A DNA stretch of 63,093 nt, filler included, from Choristocarpus tenellus KU-1152 (lineage: Eukaryota; Protista; Phaeophyceae), in the NCBI GenBank assembly GCA_964200185.2. It is 10 parts of 10 records of this genome, joined end to end, with 100 filler letters (N's around TTAATTAATTAA, not from the genome) between each part and the next. Parts side by side here need not be neighbours in the genome. Positions count along the whole stretch, not along the records: positions 46,035 to 53,884 come from CAXNAD020005494.1; positions 53,985 to 60,147 come from CAXNAD020008789.1; positions 60,248 to 63,093 come from CAXNAD020024240.1; 7 more parts are not named here. One strand, written 5' to 3'. Positions 48,340-61,966 of the stretch are shown here, one piece after another. Numbering within the stretch: position 1 is the stretch's first letter; each line of letters starts with the position of its first letter. The position numbers and the translations under genes are program-made. The notes under the pieces were generated by a model. The model saw nothing but the letters and a program-made list of their open reading frames with translations, made no database searches and was not told the DNA's origin.

Positions 48340-49540
48340 CAGCAGACTAGAATATGTATTCGTTGATTTTGCTAGTGCAATCAAGCCATGATCTTACCAG
48401 CAAGAATGTTATGTCTGCAAGCTTACCCAGTCATAACTTGAACTAAAGAGAGTAAATTCTAAAGAGAGAAGGAAGTGGCAGAGTTGCATTAAAGCACTTT
48501 ATCGCGAACATTGCAAACCTGTTCCAATTGAAGATTGGATTGATAAGAGTGACAATGGAGGAGAATTCTCTGGATTGATGTCCCAAGAGCTGAGCCTTGA
48601 AATAGGGGTAAGCAAGAATTCACCTCCCTGTACATTTCTCACCAGAATGGAGATGTAGAACAAGAGTGGCACGTTTTATTTGATATTGTTTTTTGAAGAT
48701 GCCTAAGAAATTGTGGTCAGAAGATATGAGAACACCTATGTATCTGAAGAGCACTTTTTTATCAATGGTCAAACACTTTGATATGTTTGACATAGTTGCA
48801 GTGTGTCTACTAACCTGTGAAATTTGTTTGTACAGATGTGTTTGTTCACAGAGAAGTGTTTCTACTTCAAGATTAGATTATCTTGCTTGGCAGAAGATTT
48901 GTAAGGAGAGAAGAGTTTCTATCTCTTACTGTATGGAGGTCAATAAACAGCACCAGTATTAGAATATAGAAGCATGACAATCAGCGACCTTACTCAAGCT
49001 ACATTATCTCTTGGTTGTTCCTTCACAATAGGGTACATGGGAGAAGTTGAGGGATGGCCATCCCAGATGTTCAATTGAGTTTTTGAGAGAACCAGCATTA
49101 ATTGGGGGTAATAATAGAAGAAACAAGTAAATCCAGCAAAAAAGGAACCTTTCTTGTGATTGAGATTTCGATTCAGTCCCCAATCCTTAAGTGGATGAAG
49201 ATTTAGATGCTGAAAATAGTACTATCAGATCTGGAATGCTTACAAGGTTGATAGACCTTGACACACTGAGACAACTGGGGTGAGTATGGGCTGCTGTTAA
49301 TGACGAGAGAAGTCCAACCATTGGAATGCAAAGTCAAACGCTGAACAGCCACTCCCTGAAAAGAAAATATCATACGACTGACGACTTTTTCTACACACCA
49401 AACCTCATCAATCAACTGACTTAGATATAAAAAAACTACAATTCTAATATCTCTGATTGTTCTTCCACATTCAACAACAAACTGAATCACTGATAAAGGA
49501 GAATGCTTGGAAGCAATACAGAAAGAAACGAGTTGCACAA
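48340..49540 (+). mobile_element. Decayed copia integrase (and RT start) remnant
   Basis: KSDNGGEFSG, YISHQNGDVEQ and MPKKLWSEDMRTPMYLK match RSDNGGEF, YTPQQNGVAER and LPKxLWAEA..TAVYL. EAIQKE occurs near 49510. Confidence 0.75.
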
Positions 49541-52500
49541 AATTCCATTATATTTTTTGTCCCTAGTTCAAATACCCTCAAGCCATAAACTTATTTATAT
49601 GAGATGAATTTTAGGAATGAAACCTAAGGACAGCATAGCTACAAGACCAGGTGAGTAGCTCAGTTGATAGTCAATCACTTACTGTTCAGTTTCTAGAATT
49701 CTGAAGCACTACATAACTGCTGACAATCGTAAAAAGAACTGGGAAGTCATACGTTTAGGTGTGAGCAGTGTAGTCTTGCAATGTCCTTCTGTTGCAGAGA
49801 GAGATGTATGTATATCATCTGATGTCTTAGTTTAATGTCATTTCATCAGTCTTCTTGGCCCTCCAATCCATCTGGCCTACTGAGGGTGTCATCACGCATC
49901 GAATAGTAAGGTCAAGTGTATCACCCGTCAACAGCTCACTGAAATGTACCAATGTTCCTCTCGTTTACCTGCTTACTCTGAGGTTATGAAATAAAGTGTT
50001 GAAGGAGCGGGCATTGATGACCACCAGGTGGGAATGCTAGGAGAACGCAGTGTTCCCCTACCTTGATGTGTAGCTTGATATTCATTTCCTGGGATTGAGG
50101 AGGAGGAATCTCATATAAAGAGACCGTGCAATTGATAGGGTTGCTGCAATTTCACAATTGAATTGGATGAGGTGAGATTTGTGGCAAGTTTTCCATTTGA
50201 TCTACAATGAGACAATACCACCATTGTTTGTTGCTGCTCCGTTTGCCTTGTGCTGGGTGATGTTATAGTTAGCTTACTCTTGCGTTCTACACTCAATGAT
50301 CTATGCGTCAGATTCTGGTTCTCCTGCTGATTTGTTCAGCGCTGTTGACACGACTAGCATAAAAGAGTGAAATGGAAGATCCCTCACGCAAAAAACCTGA
50401 CCTGTGTGTGAACGAGCTCCCTCCCCCCTCCATTAAGCCTTTTGTCCTGTAGAGGCAGAAATGTTTATTAGAAGGGGGTCTAAATGACATACGTAGACAT
50501 ACAATAATCATCAAACGCACCCTCATGCCATAATGTGGTATACCATGCGTTGGGTGGGTTCAACCACTGCTTGGCATTACTATTACTACTGATACACTAC
50601 ACAATCATCTCAATCACAAACACACTGTCTCACATCCTACAATTCCGCCATTGCTGTATCGGATTACGCAAACAGAACGCGATCATCATGCCCTGTCCGA
50701 CCAAGATGATCTTCTGAAGACTGGGTGTGAGAGTGAGGAGGAAATCGTGTGCAAGGGGAGACTCCATTTTGTTAGGTCAATTGCATACGTGGGGGATAGT
50801 GTCTTCCCAACGTGTTGATGTTTGGGGAGGTTCCACGCGGAAAACAGAAAGGTGGAAGGGAGAAGAACTGGTGGGTATACTTCTAATAAAACCTTGGGGA
50901 AGTTTGGAATTTGACAACTTTGAGAGTTGGAGCATGAGAGTCACTAATCTACAAAAGTGGTGTGAATGTGCGCTTGCCCCTACAAGAATGATGTGATAAG
51001 GAATAATAATCATTGACATCTTCCAAATCACAAAATAGTATGTTGCACAGAGGCTAGTCCTCAACCCTATCTCATGCCAGAAGTCTTTGTTGCTAGGACG
51101 ATTGCGTACACATTCATCTCAATCATATGCCCCAACAGACATGATCACAATTGGAAGATTGAATGCAAACAGGCGACCCAATAGCAGCTTTGGTTCGTCT
51201 CCTCAAAATACAAGGGTTTCTCGTCTTTCTAAATGTTTTTGATTGGTGACACCTCTTTGGTCAAAAACTCCTTGAAGGTGATTCATCTCTTTTCTGTTGA
51301 CATCTCTTCGACCAGAAAAGTGTATGAAGATCATTTTCTTGTTCGCAAGGGACATATATCTCTTGGATAAAAATACTATAACATGATCATTCACCTCTTT
51401 CCTCTGTATATCTCTTCCGCCATATCTTCCTTTGGTTGTGTCACCCATTGCAAGTTAAGTCTCTTCCATTACAATGGCTTTTTCAGGGTCTCTTACCTCT
51501 TAATGGTTTTCACCTAGTCTTGTTGCACTCCAGCATAACATATTAGTTCGATTTCGATTGAATTGTAAATGATCTCCTACTCTCCTTGGTACAACGTTGC
51601 CTGGCTACATACATACCCTTCCTTACCACACTCCCTATAAATGAAGAAATTGATCCTAGTATAACCCCAAATTCTCCCATATCTCCATTCCTTGGAATTA
51701 CTGTTCCTCTTCTCCCTTTGTCTCCCTTTAAATATCTGAAAGAGTATTTGTCCCCATCCGAGTTCAATCTCTCCTCCCGCTTGAGCTTTTTCATTCCTTT
51801 TTTCATCATCCTTGGAAACAACTTATCTAAAGCTTGAGGTCTCCCCCTCTTCACACATCAGGCGAACAAGTCTTATGTCCAACTTCAGACTTCTGAAGTG
51901 AGGTTTCGAGGTTACTGCAATCAACTTGTAGATTCCACATCATGTGCGGGAGATCTTTAAGGTCAACTACGAAAGAACAGATGCGATGATGAAGATTACA
52001 ACAACAACTTGCAATATACCTTCGCTCAATAATCTAACCAAACTCAACCCGATTTATCCAATATACAACCGTGAAAACCAACTTTATTTTTTTGACAGGA
52101 CAGATATTGTATGTATGTACGTTCCTTAACTCACATAAAACTCAACTTTCATACCAAATTTTAAACCGTAGCAAGATCCTATTTATTGACTGGTTTTGTG
52201 TTGGTGTCTGAAGTTGTGACCCCTTTAGAAATGACGCACTCAAATCAGTGCATCTGGGATGTGGCACAATCACCTCCTCTAGTTTTTGTTTTTCATTTTA
52301 GAAAAGGTGGCGACAACTGGGGTCAGATGCGCGTGTAAAACAAGAGGAAGTCGATTAAAGATTAAATCAGGGTCTACTGGACTGCAGCGAGGAAAAAGGG
52401 GTAGTGCATGCCTCCAGAATTAATTTCGTAGGATGAACAAACTAGGTCATAGGACTGGCGTGAGAGGCACTTCCAGACGAAGGGACGCCTGAAAACAAGA

Positions 52501-53582
52501 AGAGTCCTACGAAAGAAAGATCAGGTAAGGGTCCACTTGACGTTAAGTTCAAAAGAAGGGGACTGTGAGTGGGGTCACATATAAAGTTACGAGTTACCAA
52601 AGCTGATCAAAATCAAATGAAGAAAGATAAGTTGGGGAAGAGAGGTAGGTAGGTATTTGTGTGGTTGAGGCACGCATACTGCTGATCATGTCTAGCTGCG
52701 GACAGCAGACTGATTCACCCAACATCAACTGCTCGTACCAACTGAAATAATGGACAATAATATGAGTGGTAGGACTTCAAGTTCATCATGAAAGTGTATG
52801 CTAAGGTAAGTGAGGCAGATAATATTTTCTCTGTTGTGCATGTGACTACAAATTGTCAAGAATTATTTGGATCAAAGTGAGGTGATGAACACTGTCTGCA
52901 AAATGGTGGGAATGGGAGAAAGACAGGGGGTTAAAGTGGCAACGTTTTGTACGTCATAATACTTAGGAGGAAGGAAGCATGTTAGCCACCTTGAACCTTA
53001 TTCCTTGCATCACGCTGCCTCTGACCATATGTTCAAGCTGCATATATGCTCATCGCTTGAGATGAGAATAGGGGCATCTTTCCAAACTTCACATGACTTG
53101 GGCCAGCATACCTTTTCAATGACTTGTTCATCCATGCAATTCCCACATAATCCACTCAGTCGGAAATAGAGCACTGTGCTTCACTCATCATGGCCTTGTC
53201 ATTATCAATCACCTCATATATAATGCTCTCCAAGACCAATAGTTCATGGAGACCTTGTGCAATACAGGCTGGTAGTCTATATATAGGTTTCTTTGTGTTT
53301 GGTAGCAGTAGCATGTAACAAAAAATGTTAGCTGAGTAGCTTAATTGTCAATCACTTGCCTCTGCGCGGCCACATTAATAGGTTCAAATCTCGATGGGCT
53401 GGTTTCTCTTTGTTTACTGTAAGTAGCTGACGCAGGACGACTGACGCAGAACGACTGATGTAGTGCGACTGACACAGACACGTTTTGACATGTCTGCTGA
53501 TGTGCGCAGTAGGTAACGAGGCAGGCACCCCCCCCATCTCGAGGGATGGTGCTCACTCCGCTAATTCATTCATCCATACCAC

Positions 53583-53884
53583 ATGAAGCAAAGCTCTATT
53601 CAAACAGCTCTTTTTGCACAGGTCATGAGCCTCACAGGTATGGAAGAGGACCCACGTAAGCTGCCACTATGGAGCGGTGCGCGGGGATATACAAGGGAGA
53701 AGTGTGTAGAATTACGGATGGCGCTGGGGAGCTATGCGGGCGGGAAGGGACTGTACCGCATCCTCCAACCGGCCTACCACATCCCTGCATCTCCTACGGC
53801 GGATATATTGTTTGGGGACAACAGCGTGTACGAGGAGTACGTCAAGGATCGCGACGCCTTGTGGTTCCTGCTGGGCCAGGCCAC
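53583..53884 (+). CDS. Start of an unknown ORF or exon, truncated by the contig end; possibly LTR-retrotransposon Gag
   Basis: Open GC-rich frame ...PRKLPLWSGARG...YEEYVKDRDALWFLLGQA. The family assignment is tentative. Confidence 0.4.
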
Positions 53885-55984
53885 NNNNNNNNNNNNNNNN
53901 NNNNNNNNNNNNNNNNNNNNNNNNNNNNTTAATTAATTAANNNNNNNNNNNNNNNNNNNNNNNNNNNNNNNNNNNNNNNNNNNNGGGTGAGGGGGGGGGT
54001 TCAATTGCCAAAATTGCAACCAACCTCAACCCCAATCTCAACACTGTCGAAGCTATAGAAACCTACGTACAGTAATTCCAACTGTGTTGTATCATGCTTG
54101 ATTGATATTGAGGGATACCGGGGTGGGGGGGAGGGGGGAAGGAAGGAGGAGGAATATATAAGACAGGCCCTGATCCCAATCTCAATTTGAACACACCACC
54201 AAAACTGAAACAAAGAATATTAATATCATCAGGTGAGGATTGTGTTCCAATGATTACACAAAGCAATTTGACACTGGGTCCAATACCTCTTCCATTAGTT
54301 TCCAAAGACAGTTGAGAGTTCCATTCACTTGGTAGAATCGGTCTAATCCCCTCTAACACCCACCCACCCCCTTCAACACCTCACTGTTTAAACCTAACTC
54401 TAAGCTGACTGACACAAGGATGTAACTACTTCTCAGAGTCAGGAAAAAAACTGGCAACTACTGTATGACCAAACCCCAATCCGAATCACCACCCTAACCC
54501 TAACTCGATTGTACTGAGGGTGGCCTCAGTTCCTATACCCAGCAAGAGGTCATCAAGTACTGTACAATCTTTTAATAACAGAACAATAATAAGAATAATA
54601 ACAATAACCTTGAACTACTTGAAATATTTGCCGCCTCCCAAGGGCATGGAAGACCAACCTAGTCCCCAATCAAAGAGTTAAAAAAAAAAAGTTGCAGTGC
54701 CATCTCCACTGTACACAACCCAAACGCCTCCAGAACAAGACCCACAGGGTAGAACAAACAACTAAAAAACATGCGTCATGACTATGAAATACATACACTT
54801 CAAACAAACTGGTAAGCAGATGCACCGGAATCCAAACTCCAGAGAGGACATTCACTGTTTCCAGGGTCCTACACTGGGCCGGACAGTCAGCACAAGCACA
54901 GCCTGGGCCATGGTTGCAGGCCGGTCCTTGACCCAGCAATGTTAAAACAGTGGACAGTCATGGACTCAGCCACACTATAACTTGTTTGTACTGGCCAGGC
55001 CATGGTCCGGCCATACCGAAGCAGGTTACAGTCATGGACCCAGCCATGTTGTTTGAACATGACCATACCGGACTTGCCTGTGGTCTGGTTCATTTGAAAG
55101 AGAGATGAAGTTCGCGTACTGAACTTGTCGGAAACACTTCACCCATGACTGGCAGGGTTAAAACACACTTGACACAAGATGCAGGCCTCGCCATAACACG
55201 TCACATGAACCCCACTCGCTGTAAATCATTTAAGAGCAAAACGTATGTAGCAGTAGGCTATACTACTCCAGGAAGTTAAAGGAGCTAGGTTCCTATACAT
55301 AGGATTAGTAGGTTAGGGTTAGGGATGCCCCCTACGAGTATACAAGTAGGAACATTAGATCAGACATAAGAGTACATCTTCTGTGATGATATGCACAAGA
55401 ACAAAATGCGCAGAACAGTACTTGGGTGATTGGGGTGATCCGGCGACGTCCAGATCCCTCACTCCGTTAAAATCACACAGTCCGGTGAACATAACCATTG
55501 GAGGGCCAACACCAGACACAGGCGACTGACATGCAGTGACCATCGGCAACAGTAGCAATATCATCTTCAGTCCTACCAGTGACAACATTAGAGGTATCTC
55601 CCCAGGTACCCATGAGTCAAGGAGGTGACTAGACCAAGTTAGGTTGACAACTACGTCCACTGAGCCCCTTCAGCAAGTCCCTTCAGCAAGTTGGCAAGCT
55701 TGGAGAATCAGCTCGTGGTTCAGCTCGTGGTTACAGCCCTCCACGCTAACAAAATAGTGGGAGTTACCTGCCTGTGCCCAACACCATTACATTGTGGCAG
55801 ACATATTCATGAAACGTAACGGAAGAGACCTAACGGCGAGGTGTCTCTAATGCACCAGTACTTAAAAACCACGGACAATGTACAAGGTCAGACCACACAT
55901 TGCCAGGTCATGGTACCAGCCACAGAGGTATGGGGGCAAGGGGAAAACGATCCGGAACTTGGGAATTTGCGGCACTTGAATTTG

Positions 55985-56335
55985 GACTTGGACTGATAAA
56001 ATCCCTAGTGGACATGGTCAGGACGTGTTGGAGAATGTTAGACCTGGTCCGGTTGGTGGACATGGACCAATACAATATAGACTGTTACTGTACCTCTAGT
56101 GGACATGGTCCAACATGTTGGAGAACTGACTTGGACTGATAAAATCCCTAGTGGACATGGTCAGGACATGTTGGAGAATGTTAGACCTGGTCCGGTTGGT
56201 GGATATGGACCAATACAATATAGACTGTTACTGTACCTCTAGTGGACATGGTCAGGACGTGTTGGAGAATGTTAGACCTGGTCCGGCTGGGGGACGTGAA
56301 CTGATACAATACCTTGGACATGGTTCGGGACATGA
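55985..56335. repeat. ~143-bp tandem repeat with internal GGACATGG sub-repeats
   Basis: GACTTGGACTGATAAAATCCCTAGTGGACATGG at 55985 and 56128, plus a partial third unit. Confidence 0.9.
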
Positions 56336-57322
56336 CAGGGAAATATAGGACTAGTCTAGCCTATGGATGGGACTGTTCAAATGTACTGGACTGGTGCAGG
56401 AACCTGAATATGTCAGCATTTTGAGCGACATGACCAAGTTCAACAACACCCTACTCCAAACAACAAAGCCTCTAATAGACCATGTGCAACAAAGGGGCTG
56501 TTCAACCACACACATTTTTACCAACTTCTTGATATGCTCTTCAGTGCCGCAACTCATCCTATTATACCATCACATAACATTGACCTGTTATTGTATTGCT
56601 GTTCTCATGACCAAAGGTCAAAGCGCTCTGTTGCCCCAAATATATCATATATCCCACCACGCACCCCAATCATTTGTATGTGAAATAGCATCGAACACAT
56701 ATTTTATCAAACTCCCAAACAGAGCCAAGAAACAGGATGTCATCGTAACGATCCCAGAAAGGTCTCAGAAATATCTAAGAAGTCTACTACGACTTTTATG
56801 ATGTTGTGGAGCTCACAAATCGTTTCACTGGACACACACATGCCTCAAGCATACTCTCATGCAAATCTACAAAGGAAAAGATAAGTCACTGTTTGCATCA
56901 ATACTGAAAAAAAAAATAGAGTGGCATTTTCACTTCGACAGATCTCCCTCCAACGCATGGGAAACAAGCACCACACCACATAAGAGTAAGGGTTAAGGTA
57001 TTATTCAGTGTTACAGACATGTCCAATAGCCATTCTTGTCATCAAGAAAAACTGTCAGCTCTGTTAACACCGTTTGGCAACGTATTGTTCCCAAAATATT
57101 CAAAAATATCGCAACATTTATGTACACAAAAAAAATATATATATATATATATATATATAGTACTACCACCGCCTATAACATGACAGTCAAAACGACACAG
57201 AAGTAATCATCCATCCACCTCCCCAACGGACCAAACAAACTCAACATCAAATGAATCTTCTGTGTTACTGCGTTAACCCTCTCTCCACAGGAGCACCAGT
57301 GAGATAGTCCCCTCCCTCACGA

Positions 57323-57589
57323 CCCCCCTCTCACCTAACCCTAACCCTAGCTACAACAGCCTTACCGTGCTTAGCTAAGTATCAGAATAGTAACACAAGA
57401 GTCAGTGGGAATATAAACACGAACACATTTTGCTTCACAGTAACAATAAATCACCTGGGAAGAGAAATCACAAACCAATTTCTCTCTCCTCCTACCTCCT
57501 CCTTACCCAATCTCCTCCTCCCCCCCCCTCTCACCTAACCCTAACCCTAGCTCCAACAGCCTTACCGTGCTTAGCTAAGTATCAGAATA
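57323..57589. repeat. ~65-bp direct duplication containing CCCTAA units, next to a 9-N gap
   Basis: CCCCCTCTCACCTAACCCTAACCCTAGCT(A/C)CAACAGCCTTACCGTGCTTAGCTAAGTATCAGAATA at ~57323 and ~57524. Confidence 0.85.
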
Positions 57590-57633
57590 NNNNNNNNNCT
57601 AACTGTCCATAAACCCAAGGGTTGAGCTCTTAC

Positions 57634-58419
57634 CTCTCTTCTTGTTGCTACCTATTCCAACCCCTGGTCGTGCCAAGTCATCCTTCCTCCCAGAATCACT
57701 GCTTGGGTTCACTCTTCGCAAATCCGGGGCATTCCAAATTCCAGAATTCCTATGGGGAGCACAAACCCCACTTCCTCTTCCTGCTGACCCATTACCACCG
57801 CCGCGGAGGCCATGCATGCTCCCTCCCCCACCCTTCACAGCAGGCCTAGAAACAGGTTGTAATTCGAGTTGCTGCATACAGCACACAGCACACAGTAGAG
57901 CACGCATGGGGTTGGCTCTATTGAAGGTATACGTGAGACAATGCAGGTGCACCTTAGCTCTAGGGAGGTGTTAGGAGTTGCTATAGGAGTTGTTGGCTAT
58001 TTAAGGCATACGCGAGGTAGTGTGGGAACTTTTGTAATCTATTTTTAGGGGTATCAAATCTACAGTAGGAAGATGTTAGACATGGAAGGCATACGATGAT
58101 TCATGTGGGCGTATGGTACCTAGTGTGGGTGTATGTAATCCATTTTAGGCACACATAACTCGTAGTAAGTGTAGGCATGCTATGGTGGGCATACGTTAGC
58201 TCTAGAGCAGGGTCAGGCTGCGGTAGATATATGTAACTGTCGTCATACCACCTCTACTTTCCTTATATCTCCACAGTTACATGGAAGAGGCGTGGAAAAA
58301 AGAATACTTGGTATTTCTTCAACATAAAAATGGTCTCCTGTGAAAAGGTGAAGACATCTCACAGCTCACCATCGTACCACTGAGGGTGTCACAACAAACA
58401 TGACAGGCGCCCGGTTACC
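57634..58419 (-). CDS. Candidate exons of an unknown Gly/Ser-rich protein
   Basis: Exon-like segments ~58369-58419 (gcag|...NRAPVMFVVTPSVVR..|gtgagc) and ~57634-57873 (LELQPVSRP...NKKR G|gtaaga). Other exon-like pieces near 54830-54873 and 55770-55835 could not be linked reliably. Confidence 0.35.
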
Positions 58420-60317
58420 TGCCTAGCTACACGCATTTCATTTCAGGGTCCATTACATCGTGTGGGGAAAAAAATAACTAAATAAACCAAAATAAAAAAA
58501 ACTCAAATGTCGTTCTTGTCACACAGTTCTTGTCACACACTTCAAAATGAACACCCCCATACATATTCAGAAAGTTCGCTTCGTTCCACAAATAGAAAAA
58601 AAAAAAATTACTAAACTATGTGTCAGGATTATTACAATATGAACTAAACTTGAATGACTCAAGTTTTATAAAAGATGGATGGGTGGATGGATGGATGGAT
58701 GGATGGGTGGATGGATGGATGGATGGCTTATTGTAAGCTCAATGCAACCATTCTTAGCAGGAACGAAACAAGCACGTCATATTGCTGCCATTAGCCAAAG
58801 GGCTATCTGTATACACCCCGAATTGAATCACACAGCATCAAGACAGTCTACTAAAAATATACGTTCCAGCAAGAGAGGGTGTTCAAGAATTTAAACCACA
58901 AGATTGTAGGAAAGGCAACATGGGTCTACTACAATTGACCTGTTGATGTGTATTGTTCCGGAGTATGAGGGGGTGTATCATTGCAACACACCGAAGCACG
59001 CAGTTCCAAGATAGGAAATTATCGGAGGACAGAAAACGCATCGGAGACTCGGCTCCTATCCCACTCTTCTTCTCAAAAAAAAATTACTGCATCAGGCAGA
59101 ACCATTAGCTGAGGGAGGGAGGGAAGGAGGGAGAGGGGGGCGGGGGGCGGGATCCACCCTCAAGTACAACACGGTAGCATTGCAAAGGGCACGTCATTTC
59201 TCAACTAGATATGCAGGAGCATCAAGAGGCAGAGAGAACTTCACTTGCATGTTCAGACATGGATATCCTGACAGGCAAAGACAAACCTCTCGATACTCCT
59301 CATGGGAGGGACTGAAAGCTGTAAATTCTTGCTCAAACAACTGTGGTTCACGCAGTCAAAAAAACCCTGGTACCACTGAAACCCTGTGAACACAGAAGTG
59401 CATACCTTCCTCCCGTGTGTCGGCCCCTATTGTACAAGACACAAAACCAACCAGGCAGGCGTTGCAGCGCATTAGTCGTTCCGTGGTTGTTTGGCCACAA
59501 GGTATCATGTAACGAAGTATTTTGTGCCACAAGTCACACACAGCAGGAGGGCGGGTAGGAGAGGTGATGGAGGGAGAAGGACAGAGGGAAGCATGAAGGG
59601 AAAAAAAAGCAGACAAGAGTAGGTTTAGGGGAACTTCTTCAGAGAAGTCCTCCATATCGACCTCCTATTTCTGCTTTCCATGGAGCAGTTGGTTCTCTCT
59701 TCTTGGAAAGGGAGGGGGAAGGTGGGATGAACTCATCTTTTGGCAGCAAGCAAGGGGCCTTCACACACACACCAAAACACACCAAATCGCATTTACATCG
59801 ACACTAAGTAAAAGTTCTGTTCCAGTCAGAAAAATATATAATACATTACCCATCTAAGTATAGTTTTGTTGCAAAAAATCACACAAGAAAACAGTTTTTC
59901 CTCTCCTTGCAGCTAGCTAGGAAAAATTGCCAATACTGTAGTAGTTCCTCCGTCATCGCAAGATTTTTTTTAAAGGTACCTCTTCAGTGGCTTCAATCAA
60001 ACAAAAACAAAAAATGCACCACATTAACAGATTCTCAACAAAACCAGACCGACAGACATTATACCTAAAATTATTTCAATCAAATCATATTTCCTCAACA
60101 TCAATATGCAGACCCCTGCTTCTCCCCCCCCCCCCCCCCCACCCCCCNNNNNNNNNNNNNNNNNNNNNNNNNNNNNNNNNNNNNNNNNNNNTTAATTAAT
60201 TAANNNNNNNNNNNNNNNNNNNNNNNNNNNNNNNNNNNNNNNNNNNNGTTGGTTTTTGGGTAGGGTTGCTGCGCCCGGCTGTCGTTGGGTGGGGGGGAGG
60301 GGGGAGGTTTTGGGGGT

Positions 60318-60355
<38 letters not shown>

Positions 60356-61894
60356 GTTTATTAATGAGGCATGTGCAACTTCTTGTTCGGAATGGCGTTT
60401 GCGTGTGTCGATGGGTTACTTGTTTGGTGTCTATCGATATTGAGGCCATGCCTTTTGATTTGTTTAATTGTTTTTTGTGTTAAAGGGGTTAGGGTTAGGG
60501 TTAGGGTTAGGGTTGTTACAAAAAGGATCTTCAGTATCGGTTTTTGGCTTGGTTTATTCTATTTTTTTGGAGTGTGAACTGTGCCCTGTAGTGTTTGCAC
60601 TTTTCAGGCACCGTAGTGACTGCTGTTCTGTTCCACCTTAAAGTTTTATGTTTTTTGGTCACACTTTTATTATTAGTGTACTTCGAGTAGCCAACAAGTG
60701 TAAGCCAATAGAGTTGTTCCTTACAGCAAACATGGGACACATTTGTTTATTTTTTAGTTGTAGGAAGCTCTTTGTTTGTGTTTTGATTGACATTTGCCTT
60801 GAAGGTTTTTTTCTTGTTCAGTGCATTTCACAGTGTCGACTGGTAAGTGTAGTAGTAGTAGTAAGTAGTACATGATACTTTCTCGTTGGACCATGACAAG
60901 GCGTTTGGCCATCATGCCATGCCCAGCAGGGAAAATATAAATATATACTGAGAAGAGGTATCCGTGAGGTATCCGGGTTTTCTCCGTTCAGCGATATAAG
61001 TCTGTTCTGCAAATATTTTGCAATTCATTCTCGTATGTTTGACTTTAGAGCGCGTTTATTTCCATGTTGTTTGAAACTATCCCAGCATATTCTAGAAAAT
61101 ATCCTATAGAGGTTTGTGAGGAATGCAAGACTTTGCACGTGTTTGTTAGCATCCTTAAGATGCAACTCTGGATACTACTCTCGTTTACTTTGACCGACTG
61201 TTGGAGCCACACTCGGGAGAGTCCTTTGTTCTGTTATTTGGTTGGTTTCCTTAGCTTTTCTATGGTCTTTGGAGTGCGGCACTCGATGTTAGTTGTGGTG
61301 GTGCTTAAGCTTTGGTCGAAATTATCAGTGCGGATAGTAGAACTGCTTTGTTGGTTGGGTGACAACCAATTTGTGCTCCGATGATCTGTTTGTTGCATTG
61401 AGGTATGGTGTGAGCGGAATTGGTGATGTGATGCACACACACCTGCGCTCTTGATTGGTAGAATGGTGGTAGAGCTCTGTTGGGGCTCATGCAAAGGGAA
61501 GTTTAGTAGGATCTTTCCTCATGTGCAAGAGTGAAAAGGATTCAGCCCAATGAAGAAGAGCAAAAAAGACGAGAAATTACTATTGTGCTTGGTGGATGTA
61601 AACCCCAGTATTAAGTACAAGAGTACATGATAACCAGCCCAGTCATCAGATCAGCTTATTTTGCCCTGCTCTAGGCCTACATCACCCCTCTCATGTTGTA
61701 CCATTCAGTACTTGAGACTCCACAATAGCATATTTCATGCCCACTTTGTAGTTGGACATGATTTCGGTTAGCTTTAAGACACTGTAACCTCGGTCAAAAA
61801 CCTCGATGTGGGTGTACAGACTAGACAAGAGACTGTCTACTACTATCCATATGATATTTAAGCTGTAAGTTGAGTCTCGGTACTATGGACAGGG

Positions 61895-61966
61895 GCGTTG
61901 ATAGCTCAGTGGTAGAGCAGTAGATTGCAGCTCTACGGGTCCTTGGTTCGATCCCGAGTCGACGCT
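61895..61966 (+). tRNA. trnC-GCA: tRNA-Cys(GCA)
   Basis: Acceptor stem GCGTTGA/TCGACGC, U73 discriminator, D arm GCTCAGTGGTAGAGC, anticodon arm GTAGA-TTGCAGC-TCTAC, T arm CTTGG-TTCGATC-CCGAG, and a downstream T8 terminator. Confidence 0.93.

Noticed and set aside
51200-51850. LINE reverse transcriptase remnant
   Set aside because: Only a vague PFKYL similarity is present, with no recognisable QG/YADD motifs.
3205-61966. Functional cluster of tRNAs plus DTD (a translation quality-control island)
   Set aside because: The genes lie on different contigs joined artificially.
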